From the NCBI GenBank assembly GCA_964234715.1, contig OZ174279.1: a DNA stretch of 64,000 nt; one strand, written 5' to 3'. Both the position numbers and the translations under genes were made by a program. This document shows, piece after piece, positions 1-13,860 of the stretch; the first letter of the stretch is position 1; each line of letters starts with the position of its first letter. The notes beneath the pieces are model-generated. The model made no database searches and was not told the DNA's origin. It was given only the letters and a program-made list of their open reading frames with translations. The DNA comes from Podarcis melisellensis. Lineage: Eukaryota.

Positions 1-198
1 TTGCATCCCATGGCGACCTGGAAGTACCGGAAAGGGTTACTTCTGGGTTTCGCCACTCGCGCATGCACAGAGGCGCAAAATGATGTCATGCACATGCGCA
101 AAAGCCCCGAATCGTGACCCGCAGGTGCGGGTTGCATTCTGTTCAGGTTGTGAATGGGCCTCCGGAACAGATCCCATTCGCAACCAGAGGTACCACTG
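1..198. mobile_element. Tc1/mariner-type MITE, right end
   Basis: Ends GAGGTACCACTG|TA, the same TIR as other copies in the window. Confidence 0.6.
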
Positions 199-209
199 TA
201 CATATAGCA

Positions 210-655
210 TCTTCACTTTCAATTCATAGAGTCTCGTTCACAATTTGTTTACATTTGGTATGAGACACTGTTGTCATATAATTGGGGGTGGGGGAAGAGG
301 AGGGGGGAGAGTGATGGGGGATATTGATCTTCCATTCTATTGCGTAGTGCTTGTGCAGGGTTTGTGTGTCAGCATCACAAGGTTGGTCACAATGTTGGCA
401 TTGTGAGAGATTGGAGGCTCCATTTGGCTTGGTTGGATGCCTCTGGTTGATTGCAGTGTGGTTTGCTTGAATGTGGAGTGAGGGGAGATTGTTGAGTCAG
501 ATTAACCATCCTGAGTCATATGCTGGGGTGGGGGAGTAGGTCATTGTGTTGTTGTGCTGTATTCGTAATAAAGGCTGGCCACACCGGGCTGAAGGCATCC
601 TCCTTTGCTTGTCCCCTTGCTAGTTTAAATGTGTTGGTTATCATTTCTAGTAGGT
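210..655 (-). mobile_element. L1-like LINE 3' fragment
   Basis: Minus strand reads LEMITNTFKLARG...FSPVWPAFIT, resembling an L1 ORF2 C-terminus, followed by a 3' UTR. Confidence 0.45.
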
Positions 656-890
656 CGGTTTCTCCTACATTTTGGTACTAGTGGTCCACATTCCCTCCTC
701 TATGTCCCTTTCATGAGTGCACAGCAGGCAGAATTTCACAGGGGGAGCTTTTCCAATCAGTGCATCATGCTGCTAATGAAATGCTTCCTCTGTTGGTTTC
801 AGTCTCCCGTGTGTCGTGGCAAAAAATCCACTCTTCAAAGGCACTGTTAAAGTCACAAAACCCCTGTCCTGGTTTGCTTCTGGTTACCCT

Positions 891-1142
891 GCGCCAGTGT
901 GGTGTAGTGGTTAAGAGCGGTAGACTCGTGATCTGGGGAACCGGGTTCGCGTCTCCGCTCCTCCACATGCAGCTGCTGGGCGACCTTGGGCTAGTCATAC
1001 TTCTCTGAAGTCTCTCAGCCTCACTCACCTCACAGAGTGTTTGTTGTGGGGGAGGAAGGGAAAGGAGATTGTTAGATGCTTTGAGACTCCTTAGGGTAGT
1101 GATAAAGCGGGATATCAAATCCAATCTCCTCCTCTCCTCTCC
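891..1142 (+). mobile_element. tRNA-derived SINE (Squam3-like)
   Basis: Box A TGGTGTAGTGG, box B GGTTCGCGTCT, MIR-like core and a CT-rich tail. Confidence 0.7.
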
Positions 1143-2039
1143 TATCCACAGGTCAGCCTTTCAAAACCTGGTGCCCTTCAGATGTTCTGGACTCCAACTC
1201 CATCAGCCCCAGCCAGCATGGTTTAATGGTCAGGAATGATGGGAGTTGTAGTTCAACAACACATGGAGTTAGTGAAGACTGTGCTGTGAACTGGTCCCAA
1301 AGCTCACCTTCTTGAAACTAACAGTTGGCAGACTCTATGCTCTGGCATTTTTGCAAACATGGAAAAGGCTGCCCTTTGCCTGTGCAATGTTGCAAAATGC
1401 TGTTTGCAGAGGGGCCTCCCATCGTGTTGCACATAGAACTGTGCTGGCACACAGGTTGCGAATGAGCTCTCTTGAGAAACGACATTGTGCTGATATAAAT
1501 ATCCCTCTCTCTCCCGAGAAGTAGGCAGGCCAGCAGACAACAACACAAAATGTAACGTTTCCACACAATGCCACCAGCGCCATGCAGGCAATTCAGAAAG
1601 GTCAGGAGACCTTTCCACTCAGCTGTTGGAGTCAGATTTGCATTGAAACTGGGCGGCTTTCTGTCGGCGTGGAGAGAGCTCGCAGCTATGAAAGAATGGC
1701 TGGACTTAGCTGCAGTTTTATATCTTCCAGTGGGAACTGATATCTCTGATAATCGCCATACATGGGAAAGTTTTTGCTTTAAGGCCGAGTGGCAGAAACA
1801 ATGGGAAAGTGCGTAAGGCAGGAGAAAGGAGGCTGAGGTCACTTCTGGCAGGAGCAGGAACTTAGCAACCAGTACACTGAGGCAGGAAACCAAGGAAAGC
1901 AAGCCCTGAAAACAAGGGTCGCAATCCACCCAAAAGTTAAGCACATTTAAAAGTACTTTCCTCCCAAAAAACCCAGAGTCCTTTCTTTTGGGGGTAATTC
2001 AGACTGAAATTCCCAGGTGTCAGAACAGGTTGTTTATGT

Positions 2040-2442
2040 ATGCTACAACTGTGGCCCGTGTTTTGTTAGCCCCAAAATGGAAAACGAGTGAGGTGCTGAC
2101 AAAGAAGAATGGCAACTTAAGTTGACAGAATATGCACAACTTGCAGACTTAACACATAGAATAAGAGAACAAGAATAACATATGTTTAGAGAAAATTGGA
2201 AAACGTTTATTGAATATTTGGGGGGAAATTGTGCCACGCTGGCGGCATTAAGATAAGTTCAACAGTATAAATAAGTTTTGATGGATGCAATAATGGAATA
2301 CTGAATGGTATAGTTTTGGTAAAATATGCAGGGATTTATGATATGTAAAATGAACCACGGAAAGAGAAGTCATTGATATCTTAAGGATGTAAAATGAGTA
2401 TTTTAAATTGTAAAACAGAAAAATTAATAAATTTAATAAATT
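2040..2442 (+). mobile_element. L1-like LINE 3' end
   Basis: Degenerate ORF2 C-terminus ATTVARVLLAPKWK..EEWQLKL..W..FIEYL, then an A-rich tail and (AC)n. Confidence 0.6.
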
Positions 2443-2473
<31 letters not shown>

Positions 2474-3191
2474 GTGAGGCCGGTGGTGACACAGGAAAGG
2501 GTCTTCTTTGTGGTGGCACTTTGGTTGTGGAATGTGCTCCCCAGAAAGGTTTGCCTAGCACCTGCATTATTTTATTCATTATTTTACTATTAGTTATTAA
2601 ATGTGTGCAGCGCCCTTCATCAGTAGATCTCAGGGCGGTTCACATTATAAAAACACATGGTAAAAACGCAAAACACATGATGAAAACAAGAATAATAGCA
2701 AAGCAAAACAATGCCCCTCCGCAAACATAAAAGGACATAGGATGTTTGCCAGCCCAAAGCCTGATTGAAGAGAAATATTTCAGCTTGGCACCTGAAAGTG
2801 TATAATGAAGGCGTCAGGTAAACCTCCTTTTGTTCACAGATTTATATGAGTCCTGATTTATCCTACAGTCATAGGGCAGTATACAGAAGCAAAAGAAGTA
2901 CAAACTTAAGGAAAACTATACCAAATTGATTTTAAGACCTTATAAAACAACAATACATCAAGGGGAAACTCATAACATTGATCCAAACCCTCCAGGTTTG
3001 AATAAACAAACACAGTTGTATATAACAAAAAGTAAGATTATATGTATTGGGAAAATTTTGGGGGGAAACACACAGGGTAATATGGAAATAAAACAAAATG
3101 GGAATATGAGGGAAGTCCAGGGGAGGAGGGGGGGGAATATTGAAAATTGTTTGAGAAATATTGTTAGAGGATGTATACATGGAAAACCCAA

Positions 3192-3246
<55 letters not shown>

Positions 3247-4761
3247 CCTTGCTCCACTTCCAAAGACTTGGTGGAAGAGGTACATATTTTCCTTTTGTCT
3301 AAAAGAATGAATTGGGCCAGGAGAGTTTCATAGACATGGAGTCACCACAGAAAAGTGCCTTTCCCAGGGACCCACACCTCATATCTCATCCAACATGTGA
3401 ACCATTATGAGGTCTTCCTTTGCTGATCTAGGGAGATGGGGAGGTAGATAGGGGAGAAGATGCTCTCTCAAGTTCTTGAGTTTGAGGTTTTCTATGGCTT
3501 TAAATGCGTGTGAGATACAGGATCGGCGGTGGACTCCATTTTGTCCTTTGCCTCAGGCAGCAACATTCGTTTGGCTGGCCCTAGGGGTGATGGTTTCATG
3601 GGGTTTCTCTACTACGAAAGTGTAGTTGGATGAGATCACCCATTTTATGACACCGTCTCCTAATGGGAAACGTTCTCATTAGACCAAAGTCCAAAGGCGC
3701 CAATTCAGAAGCATTACGGGAAGACGAGGTCACAAGATGGCAGGCTGAAAATGGATTTTTGATCCTCTGAGATGTTTCCAAGACTTTCCCTGCACTAGAT
3801 TAATGCAATGATAAAATGTTTTCTCTCTTCTGAAAGCATCTTTTGTTCCTACTTAATTCGCATTATCGCCACCGCAACAGAAGAGGTACAGCCAATTCAG
3901 AAAGTGGTTTGCATTTTGGTTTCGTCTTTACGCAAAGGGATCGTCCGCTGTAGTAACTGCAGCTTAGATTTCAGATTTCCCTTACATTAGCTACCCTGTG
4001 CAGGCAAGTCCAAAGCCATTGGCTAGAATAATTGAACAACTCCATGTTTCCTTCTAAAGCACTGTCATCAGAGCTTGTTCTTTCTATGACTTGGCTGAAA
4101 CCATCCCTTCAGGAATCGCACCAATCAATGATGCCCCTTTGCCAAATCAACATAAATCTCAAAGGGCCAAATAATCTTAGCTTTGGAAGGCAGTTGTAAA
4201 GATGAAGAGGAGGAGGAGGAGGAGGAGGAGGAGGAAGAGGAGGAGGTCTTCAGTTGTTTAAATATGTTTTCGTCCAAAACACAGCGGCTACTTCTGGAGA
4301 AAAACTTCTACCAGCATATAACACTTTGGCAGATCCTGTAGACAATCTGTTACCAAGCCAAGTTCAAGGTTTCAGAACAAACATATAAGGACCAGGTTGC
4401 TTGAGAGGCCACCTTATCCCTTACATATGTTCTGCAAGAGAATTTCTCCTCAGTGTCCACCAAATTTCCACAGCAACTCAGAGCTGGGCTTTTAGTGTGG
4501 CTACCCCTGTTTTATGCAATGTTATACCTGCCGATACCCCGTGGAATGGCAGCAGTTTGGCTTTTCTTGTCAAGTTCTCCCTTGTCTGTCTCCAGGTGGA
4601 GATGATTTCCACCTACTCCAGGAGCAAGGAACCCCACGGCCTATAAACTGGATCAGGCCCACAGAGCTATTTCAAGTGGCCCACCATTCCCTGAACCCAT
4701 TGCTATTTTTCTAGAAAGAGGTGCCAGAACTCACCATGAACACCGCCCTTTTTCTCTTATA

Positions 4762-5003
4762 CAGTGGTACCTTGGGTTACATACGCTTCAGGTTACATAC
4801 GCTTCAGGTTACAGACTCCGCTAACCCAAAAATAGTGCTTCAGGTTAAGAACTTTGCTTCAGGATAAGAACAGAAATCGGGCTCCGGCAGCATGGCGGCA
4901 GTGGGAGGCCCCATTAGCTAAAGTGGTGCTTCAGGTTAAGAACAGTTTCAGGTTAAGTACGGACCTCTGGAACGAATTAAGTACTTAACCCGAGGTACCA
5001 TTG
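4762..5003. mobile_element. Tc1/mariner-type MITE
   Basis: TIRs CAGTGGTACCT...AGGTACCATTG with TA target duplication. Confidence 0.8.
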
Positions 5004-5829
5004 TAATGACGAAGGCCACCTGAAAGGTGCAGGAACTGAGTTCTGGCTGAAAAAAGCCCTGCCTGAATTGCACCCCACCCCTCACCCCATCACAGCATTG
5101 GGCCTTATTCTGATTTGTAGTCATTCACTGCTGAAGTTCAAGGGACTCAATGCCAGATGGATTTTCTTCCTCTAAATGTTGCAAGATTTTTTTAAAAATA
5201 ACAACAGACAGATAGCTTACATAGATTACAGTGTCTGTGGTTTGTTGTTTTTTTCCTACCTGAGACAGGGGTGGGGTTTGTTCGGTTTGGGGGTTTTTTA
5301 GCACTTTTGGTGCAAACTTGACGGTTTGAAAAAGGGGCCTGATTAGAACTACAAATGTTTTCCGGTACAACCAAGCAAAGCAAACAAGCAATTAAGCCTG
5401 AGCATTGTTCTGGCTTCCCTAGAAGGAGAGCAGTGGGGATTTTCGCACTGCTTTTATCTACTTCCAGCACTTGGGAGAGTTCCTGCAGCCCCCATTCATC
5501 ACCCAAACACGACAGTCGGAAATGAGAAGCTGCTTATATTAAAGATCTGGCCAGCCTATCGAAAGCAGGGAAGCCTGTGTGCAAGTGTGTGATAACAATG
5601 CCGCACCTGAAATAAATCTTGCTTCATGGCCTCTGACTTCCCTCCTCAGTGACAAGTACCAGGCCATGGTCACACCAAGGTCCATTTCCTATGAGGTGAC
5701 TTTATTGGAGACCTGTAGCCATTCCTAGCCTAGCTCTGCAGTTATGCAATTTTCAATATTCAAATCGAGCCCAAGGATGTGTAGGCCAACAAACATAAAA
5801 CTGAAAAACCCACTGTCAAAGCCCCTATA

Positions 5830-6572
5830 AAAAGGTAAAGGACCCCTGACAGTTAAGTCCAGTCACAGACAACTCTGGGGTTGTGGCACTCATCTCGCTC
5901 TTTAGGCCGAGGGAGCTGACGTTTGTCTGCAGACAGCTTCCGGGTCATGTGGCCAGCCTGACTAAGCCACTTCTGGCAAACCAGAGCAGCACATTGAAAC
6001 GCCATTTACCTTCCCACCGGAGCAGTACCTATTTATCTACTTGCACTTTTTGGTGTGCTTTCGAACTGCTAGGTGGGCAGGAGCTGTGACCGAATAATGG
6101 GAGCTCACCCCGTTACGGGGATTTGAACCACCGACCCTCCAATCGGCAAGCCCTAGGCTCTGTGGTTTTGGGACGCGGGTGGCGCTGTGGGTAAAAGCCT
6201 CAGCGCCTAGGGCTTGCCGAGCGAAAGGTCGGCGGTTCGAATCCCTGCGGCGGGGTGCGCTCCCGTTGCTCGGTCCCAGCGCCTGCCAACCTAGCAGTTT
6301 GAAAGCACCCTCGGGTGCAAGTAGATAAATAGGGACCGCTTACTAGCGGGAAGGTAAACGGCGTTTCCGTGTGCAGCTCTGGCTCGCCAGAGCAGCGATG
6401 TCACGCTGGCCACGTGACCCGGAAGTGTCTCTGGACAGCGCTGGCCCCTGGCCTCTTAAGTGAGATGGGCGCACAACCCCAGAGTCTGTCAAGACTGGCC
6501 CGTACGGGCAGGGGTACCTTTACCTTTACCTTTTAGGCTCTGTGGTTTAGACCACAGCGCCACCTGTGTCCC
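5830..6572 (-). mobile_element. Sauria SINE interrupted by a nested Sauria SINE
   Basis: (ACCTTT) tail at 5830 and head at 6550-6572. 14-bp TSD tcaaa(g/a)cccctata. Confidence 0.85.
6170..6533 (+). mobile_element. Sauria SINE (different subfamily), nested
   Basis: GGGACGCGGGTGGCGCTG head and (ACCTTT)n tail. 15-bp TSD taggctctgtggttt. Confidence 0.9.
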
Positions 6573-6849
6573 TCAAAACCCCTATAGCATTGTAATATTC
6601 CACCCCCCTCCCAAGGAATTTTACTGAACTGGGGGAGAGAAGAGAGAAAATGAAAACACATTTGTTCATGTTCTCCCTGGCCTGTCACAGCTGCAGTAGG
6701 GGACAGGCTACCAACCTGCCAATGCTAGTTTATAAAGTGGCATCAAGTATGTCATCAGCTATAAAAATTCAGACTCAGCACCAACTCCCCAGCTGTTTAT
6801 CTCCCCTCCACCAAGCAGGTGAGATATGCTGGTACCTCATAATCATCAG

Positions 6850-7235
6850 GGCTCATCAACCTGGGAAGGTAGCCTGTCTAGGAGAAGGAAAACTAATCCT
6901 AAACCTCCTCTGGCTTGGAGGACATCTTTGGGAGAAGAAAAGGCTGAGGAGCAAACCCTGCACAAATTCAGAGTGGATTCCCGAAAACGGTTGGATGGTG
7001 CCTGGTACATCTCTTTCCAGCAACTCCTGCAGCCAAGCTGGTGCCAAACGTATTGCTCTGCTTTTCCTTGGACCACACCACAGAGGCCAAGAGTGAAGTC
7101 TTGTCATCTGGGCAGCCCAGGACCTCCATCCACACTGCCCAAGTTTGCACCCCGGAGAGGTCACTTCGGTGCTACTTGAAATCACCTCCAGAGGCGCGCT
7201 CCATTGTCTCCTGAGACAGATGGATGCCAACAAGT
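6850..7235 (+). repeat. Unclassified interspersed repeat (partial inverted copy at ~48650-48790)
   Basis: The segment ctccattgtctc..gagacaga recurs in reverse complement at ~48660. Confidence 0.4.
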
Positions 7236-8853
7236 AATTGTCAGCTATCCAAAGCCTTCGAGCGCACATATTACAACCCATTATTCCCCATTGTTGAAAG
7301 ACCTGGGAAGACTGTGAACAAAAGCTTAGACATGGTTTTCTCTTGACACCACACCGTTTCTCACCCCCAGCACAGCCCCTTCTGTGGCTCTAAGGAACAG
7401 GCAAAATTTCTTCTAGATGTGATTCTCAGGTTAATACACCAATTTTCACTGCCCAGTTCCAGCCTCTGCCTGCTAGTCCCTGTTTCTATTGATGACAAGA
7501 GTCGGGCCAAATAAGGTAACAGAGTGAAAGTATGTCAGGATTGCTCATTCCGGAAACCACAACGGTCCAGTGACAAAATGCATTGTCTTTCAGGAAGTAT
7601 GCAGCTTCCACAACTGAAAAATGTATCATCTGGATAAGACCCAAGATACAAATAATGAATGACACCAAAATTCATCAGAATGCACCATCGTAGGACACAA
7701 TACTAGCATTTTGCTCTTTTGAGCAAGAGCCAACCTCCAGAGATGGGGAACTGGTGGCCACTCAGATGCTGTTGAACTGCAGCTCCCATCATTCCTGACC
7801 ATTGGCCACACTGTGATAGTGCTGCATCTAGGAACCCCCCCAGACTCCGCACCAGTTCCTTCAGGAAGAGTGTGGCCCCATTCAAGAGAGGCAATTTCAT
7901 GACCTCCCAGACCTGCGACCCTCTCACCCACGGAGATGCCACCTCACCAGGATCCAGGCTCAGTTTATTAGTTCCCATCCAGCCCACCACTGTGTCTAGA
8001 CACTCGTCTGGGGCCTGCACAGCCATTTCTGATTTAGAGGAAAAAGGGGGGAGGGAGTGCCAAAATTTCCTGATCTTAGAACTTGTATCCGGTCACATCA
8101 CCAAACTTCCTTTCCATATCTTCTTTGTAACTAGACAAAGCCATCGCAAAATACCGGAAAATGTATTGAAATAGCAGATTCTCCTCCTCCAGACATACAT
8201 TGAACCAACCACCTGTTGTGAGACATGAGCCGACAGTATAACATTGTATATGACCTTGTGTGGGAAAACATCCAAAGGCCGGGATAGATTTATATATAGC
8301 CGACGGATGTCTCCATCTGGCAACGGCAATGGTTTCCTCTCACGCCTACACTTGAGGCCTTTTCAGACACGGCGCATTTCCAACATGGAAAGCCCTTTCA
8401 ACTTAGAAAATGTGCAAAAGCCACACGGAGACCATCACACCCGCCGCATGTGTACGTGAGGGAACGCGTGTGTACCTTTTATTTATTTAGAGAATTTATA
8501 TACCGCCTCCCACTTCTGTGACAAATTATCAAAGCAATGAATTCCAATTAGTAGAACTAAATTGGAACAGCAAGGAGGGGCAGGGAAATACAAAATCAAT
8601 CCCAGAACAGAAAAGATGGTAATCACAGAAGCAAGTTCATTACAGAACACAGGGCATGTTTCCCCCCACAATTCAGTGCTATTTCCTAGAGCAGCACTTA
8701 ATTTCTCCCCATAGAAGTGAAGGATGGCCATTCTCTATCGCCCTCAAAGACGCCACTGTCTGGTGGTCCCAGTTTTTAGAGTGGCACAAGAGCCCTCTCT
8801 TTCCTACTGAACTGGAAACTGTTGTCCTCCAGATATTGCTAGATGATAGTTCC

Positions 8854-9409
8854 TGCCATGAACTGGCAGCACAACAGAGAGGAGGAAGAGGATGCCAGCA
8901 AGTTGTGTAGTCAGGACTGGGACACACTGGGGTAAGCTGTTCAGGGGGAAGGAGAGGTTCATGTAGGAAGTACTCACAGGGTGACAGATGATGACAGGGG
9001 ATGGGGGTCAGTACACAGGAACCAGAGCAGCAGGACCCATCACCAGAGCCAGAGGGGCCTGTCTCCATTAACACAGTGGGCTCTGAGGCATAGGGAGCAG
9101 CAGCACTCTAGGGGGCTGAGGCAGGCCAGGTGGGTGTGGGCAGCTCCCTAGCTGGCCAGGTGGGGTGTGCTAGCTCTGGGTTGTGATTCCTCAGCTGGAG
9201 TAGGCTTGCAGCAGGTGAGGGCCACATGCCTTGTCAAGCCCAGATGCTGCAATCAGCATTCAAAGTATAAAAGGGCAACAGAGCTGAGGTTCTGTTCAAC
9301 TGCTCCAGGATCTCTGTGGGACTGTGCTTCCTTTGGACACGTGGATTGACTCTGGACTGGGGACTTGACATACTGACTTTCCGTCAGGTCAGGCCAGAGG
9401 TTTGGGACA
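8854..9409 (+). mobile_element. Solo LTR (Gypsy-like)
   Basis: TG...CA termini, 5-bp TSD gttcc/gctcc, internal TATAAAA. Homologous copy at 53791-54349. Confidence 0.7.
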
Positions 9410-11487
9410 GCTCCCATCATCCTTGACCTTGGTCCATGGTGGCTCATGGGAGTTGGAGTCCAGTGTTTACAGCCAGTTTTCTCAGAGCAGACATTAAGCT
9501 ATCCAGTCTGTAGTTTTCCAGATCCCCTCTCAAATCCCTTTTCAAAAACTGATGTCCACTTTCTAGTCATCAGTTGCAGAAGCCAATTTTAGGGAGAAGT
9601 CGTGCGGTTTGCTTGGAAGGTTGAGAATTTCGCTTTTGAGTTTTTTAAAGAACTCTTGGGTAGACACCACTTGGACCCAGTGATTTGTTCATTTTTAGTT
9701 TGTGAGTAAGGTCTAGAAATTTGGTCTCTTTTCACTGTTTCCAACCAGTTCAACAATGCTTACATGTCCCACCAGGTAAGATTAAGTCCAGTGTTAGACT
9801 CATAGAACTGCAGAGCTGGAAGAGACAATGAGGGTTATCTAGCCCAGGGCTGCCTCCCTTCTGATTGGTTCCATGACCAATTGTTCCAGGGCACAATATT
9901 TAGGAGTGCATATAAATGTTACCAGAGGTAACCAGAACAGGCATGTAGCCAGTTTCTGTGAGGGTTACATAAATCACTCATTACTATGACATTTCCCCCT
10001 TTGGCTGCCTTCTCGATTTCAGTCTTCAACCCAAGAATGCCCTGGGCATTTCTGATTAGGGAGTGTGTGTGCACCGGCATGTGCAAGGAAACTTGTCATA
10101 AAACAATTAGAAACAGCTCAAACCATGTGTCACACGTCACCAAGTATTTGGCCTCAACAAACAATTGCACCTTCAGGGTTGAGTCTGCGCTAGTTTCATG
10201 ACACTGGGTGCTGGCATCTCTTTAAAGAGTGGCTTCTGTGTTGTAGTTGCAGATGGAAGAAGGAAGAAGCTGAGTCCTTACAGTTGAGGTTAACTGATTC
10301 TGATCTCCCCACAAGGAATCTGCCCTGCAGTCCTCAGGTGTCAGCCACTCCAGGCACATTAAGAAGGGAGTGTCTCAAATGCTCCGTCAGGGTAACTTAG
10401 ATGTCAACGCAGCTAACTGCCCTGTTCATCATGCCGTGAAGATAAACAAAGATCAGCAGCCAATATGATTCAGAACTCATCACATGCATGAACAAGCAAA
10501 ATGTCATCAAAATAATTCTGGTTTGCAGCACCAACACAACCACAGCATGTAACATACATTACATCATCAGAGGTCAGATTGATGCTGCAGTTCTTGAGGT
10601 CAGCAATAGAGTACATGCTTTTCACACAGACTTCTGCATTTCACCCCTCAGCTTCTCTGGTAAAAAGATCTCAGGTAGCAGGACCAGAAATATCTACCTG
10701 GTGCCTTGGAGGCTTAGATCTACTCTGCCATTTGGAGTAGACCGTGCTCAGTGGGATGGACCAATAGGTAGCTTTATATTGTTATGGATTTCCAATCGGA
10801 TTTCTTTTAAGTCCTGAGGCACCCCTGGCCAACCAACTTGAAAAAAAACATTGTATGTATCATTCGTTGGAGTTTGGTAAATATACTGCAGCTGTGTGCA
10901 GAAAGTAGTCTGGTCAGACTGCTGCCTGAACGAATAAAAGGAAGTTAACTTTTATTAACTCCTGCAAACAATGTCATCCTGGGCACAAGCTCATGTGTGC
11001 CCACTATGGAGTCATGAGGTTAAGGGAACACTAGGACAAGCTAAGAAAGTCTGACTAGAGAAGGAGGAGGAAGTATAAGCCTGAAAAGAAGTAATGTACA
11101 TGCCAACAAGTAGCTACCAAAGAAGGAACCAACAGGAGGAAAAACAGGTTGCCCGTCTATAGACCCAGCCCAGTTCAGGTAAACAACTACAAACTTTGTT
11201 GCTTTTACTCCAAACATCCCAGCATTTCATCAATGGGATGAGATGACCCAAAGCAAACCACAATCTCTGCCAAGCCAGAAATCTTGGTTTTGTTTCCTTT
11301 CAGAATGAGCAGGGAGGAATGAAGTAGGTGCACACTAAGCGATAGTTTATGGCTTAATATGATGTGGGGACACAGTCTATGTGTGGATTGTGTGCACGCG
11401 CGCTAAATTTCTCCTTCAGAACTTGGCACACTTATTCTCTGCACACCAGTGGCTGCATTGTGCCTCTTCGTAGAATCGTAGTTGGAG

Positions 11488-11778
11488 TGTTGTGAATATC
11501 AAGGAGTTACACTCTGTGCTAAGTGGAAATGCTGACTCAGTATCGTGTGATGGGTCAGCCTTAGGAGACACGGGGTGTTGCCTAATTGGTTTATAGCCAG
11601 CTAGTATAAAAAGGTATGGTTGACTTCTCCCCTGTATGTAATCCCACCTGTGTATGCTGATTCCTGGATGTAAGAAGACTGCTTTATGATGATGCAAGAC
11701 TGCAACTGGAATAAAGCCCTGCTTAAAATGCAGCTTGACTCTCGAGTGCTTCATATGGGGCTGCCGTACATCTCAACA
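11488..11778 (+). mobile_element. Possible solo LTR
   Basis: TGTTG...CAACA inverted termini, internal TATAAAA (~11605) and AATAAA (~11710). No clear TSD. Confidence 0.45.
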
Positions 11779-13210
11779 GACGGGACCACAAGAGTCATCT
11801 CTAGTCCCACCTCCTGCATCTTTCACCCAACATGGGACTGGAACCGACAACCCTGAGATTAAGAGTCCCATGTTCTATCAACCCTCTCCCATGAGCCCAT
11901 GTTCCGAGAACCCTTAAACCCTTGGCAAACACAGAAGGGGAACCATGTTGAACATGTTTTTTGGTTTTTTTTTTGAGAGCCAGTAAGCTAAGATGGTAAG
12001 AGACACAAACACATTTCCTTTCCACATTTCCCTTTCCACATTTCTCAGCTAAGGTGGGTGCTTACCTATGGTAACTGAGACTTTCAAAGCAAAGGAACCA
12101 AACATTAGCAGCACAGAGTTGTAAATATAAAGAGTTGGTTGTTGTTGCTGCGGCTGCTTCTGCTGCAGGCACAGCTCTGCACTAAGAGGTATTGCAATGA
12201 AAAATTCATTAAGCTTTCTACATTGGTTTTTATATCTCATCAGCCAAGGACCTCTTTACATGCCCTGGACATCTCTGAAATGTACTGGAGAGCCCTGAGA
12301 TTTCACGAGACCTTGCCAGGAGCTGCCACAGCAGCTTCTCCTTCTGTGGCAGTGGCAGGGCACTTATAGGGGTGCAGCCCCATGGGATTCCACTTTATGG
12401 GTGGACCAACCCCGTCTGGAAGTAAATCCCGTTGAACTCCAAGAGGCTTACTTCTGAGTAGACATGTATAGGATTACACGGCACATCCCATTGATTTTGA
12501 TGAATAAGTCAAGATGAAAGACATACCAGTAATTGATTCTAGCTGAACAACGCTCCAAGTTCTACAGCACATTTAACTCTTCTGCCCTGTTTTACACTGA
12601 CACTGTTTAATAATTTCTTGTTTGCTTTATTCCGAATTTGATTGCTTCTGTTTTCAAATGGTGAGCCACCTCGAGTAAAAGGTGAAATATAAATCACTAT
12701 AACAAATACATTTCCAGTTTCACTAAATATTACAAATAATAGCCAAGGCTAGCTCTTCATCAGTTTTGTGTGTGTGTGTGTGTTTAAACTGTAGGTGAAT
12801 GGCTGTAAAACTTAATGTGCTTGCACAAGTTAGGTCTAAGCAATGAACAGAAACAAACCATCTCGTTCCCTTGCTACCATTAATACCCATTTGTTTGCTT
12901 TTGGTTGCTAATAGGCTTACAAGATGAAAAGAATAATTAAAAATATGCGATGCTTCCGTATCTATGGCTGTGTGCTCCAGTGACGTTCTAGAATAAACTG
13001 CACCCCTTCCTAGAATGCATATCTAAAATCTCCAACTAACCTTCTAATTCCAGAATTATTTCCTTATGAATACAATCCTATACACACTTACCCTGGTGAA
13101 TGTGACTTATTCTGAGTGAAGCTGACATATTCAGGGCAACCTTCTATGTGTCTACTCATGAATGGGGTGCAACATAGATGTCACAGAAAGTCTTTTTGGC
13201 CGATACTTAC

Positions 13211-13473
13211 TCATGATGAGGTTGATGTTCTCTGGCATCATCATAATCCTTCACATCGTCAGTCACAATGGTGGCAGCCGGGTGGAGGACTTCTTCTCTG
13301 ATGTGTTCCTTCCCCCAATATTCCTCTGGCCAAGAAGATGGCTGTGGGTCTGTTAGCATCTTGCGGTCCTGGGGCCACTGCTTGTGATCTGGATGCCCAG
13401 GGTATCTTGAATGCAGGTCTGACTCCGCCAGCACTAGGGTGCCACAGAGGAAGAAGACCTTAGCTATCATCAT
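13211..13473 (-). CDS. MMRN2: Multimerin-2, first coding exon (signal peptide + N-terminal region); downstream exons not found in window
   Basis: Reads MMIAKVFFLCGTLVLAESD...HQPHH with a signal-peptide-like start. Ends in phase 2 at a consensus donor GA|gtaagt (13210). Head-to-head with SNCG, as in the known MMRN2-SNCG-ADIRF synteny. Identity rests on synteny plus the signal peptide; no EMI domain seen. Confidence 0.72.
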
Positions 13474-13689
13474 GGGCTCCTTCCTTGGTGCTCTTACACT
13501 TCCCTGCACTTCAAATCAAATTGCTCCTGCAATCCCCTTTGCACCATTCCTGAAGCTGAAGCTTGGAAAAAGGAATGGCACGTAACAAAGAACGGAAGCA
13601 ACGCTATCGGCCCTCCCAGCTACAGTGGAAATGTTAAAGGTCATCAGACAATGTGGGTTCCTGTGGGGGGCCCCGAAGACCTCAGTCGG

Positions 13690-13860
13690 GGAGGTGGTGT
13701 GTGAGTTTGTGTGTAGGAGAGAGGCAGGGGGTGGTCGTGGTTGATTCAAGGGCGGGGGGACGGGGACTTCGGTGTGTTTTCCTTACTAGCTTCTGAAATT
13801 ATCAACAGACAAGAACTGGTCTTTTATCAGCTGCCTTCTTACTGGGGAGCAGGAAAAGGA
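13690..13860 (-). promoter_or_regulatory. Putative MMRN2 proximal promoter (GC box, GATA- and ETS-like motifs)
   Basis: GGGCGGGG at ~13751, TTATC at ~13799 and ~13824, and TTCC/GGAA cores just upstream of exon 1. Motif-level evidence only. Confidence 0.3.

Noticed and set aside
1318-1944. 208-aa minus-strand ORF
   Set aside because: Non-ATG start, no recognisable domain and no convincing splice context; likely a chance ORF in MMRN2 intron 1.
7320-7450. Minus-strand NWC...C reading as candidate MMRN2 exon 2 (EMI domain)
   Set aside because: No polypyrimidine tract at the putative acceptor, and the remaining residues do not resemble an EMI domain.
11820-11890. tRNA-Lys(CTT)-like sequence on the minus strand (also tRNA-Ile-like at 34025)
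   Set aside because: Degenerate stems and shared with SINE heads elsewhere in the window; not functional tRNA genes.
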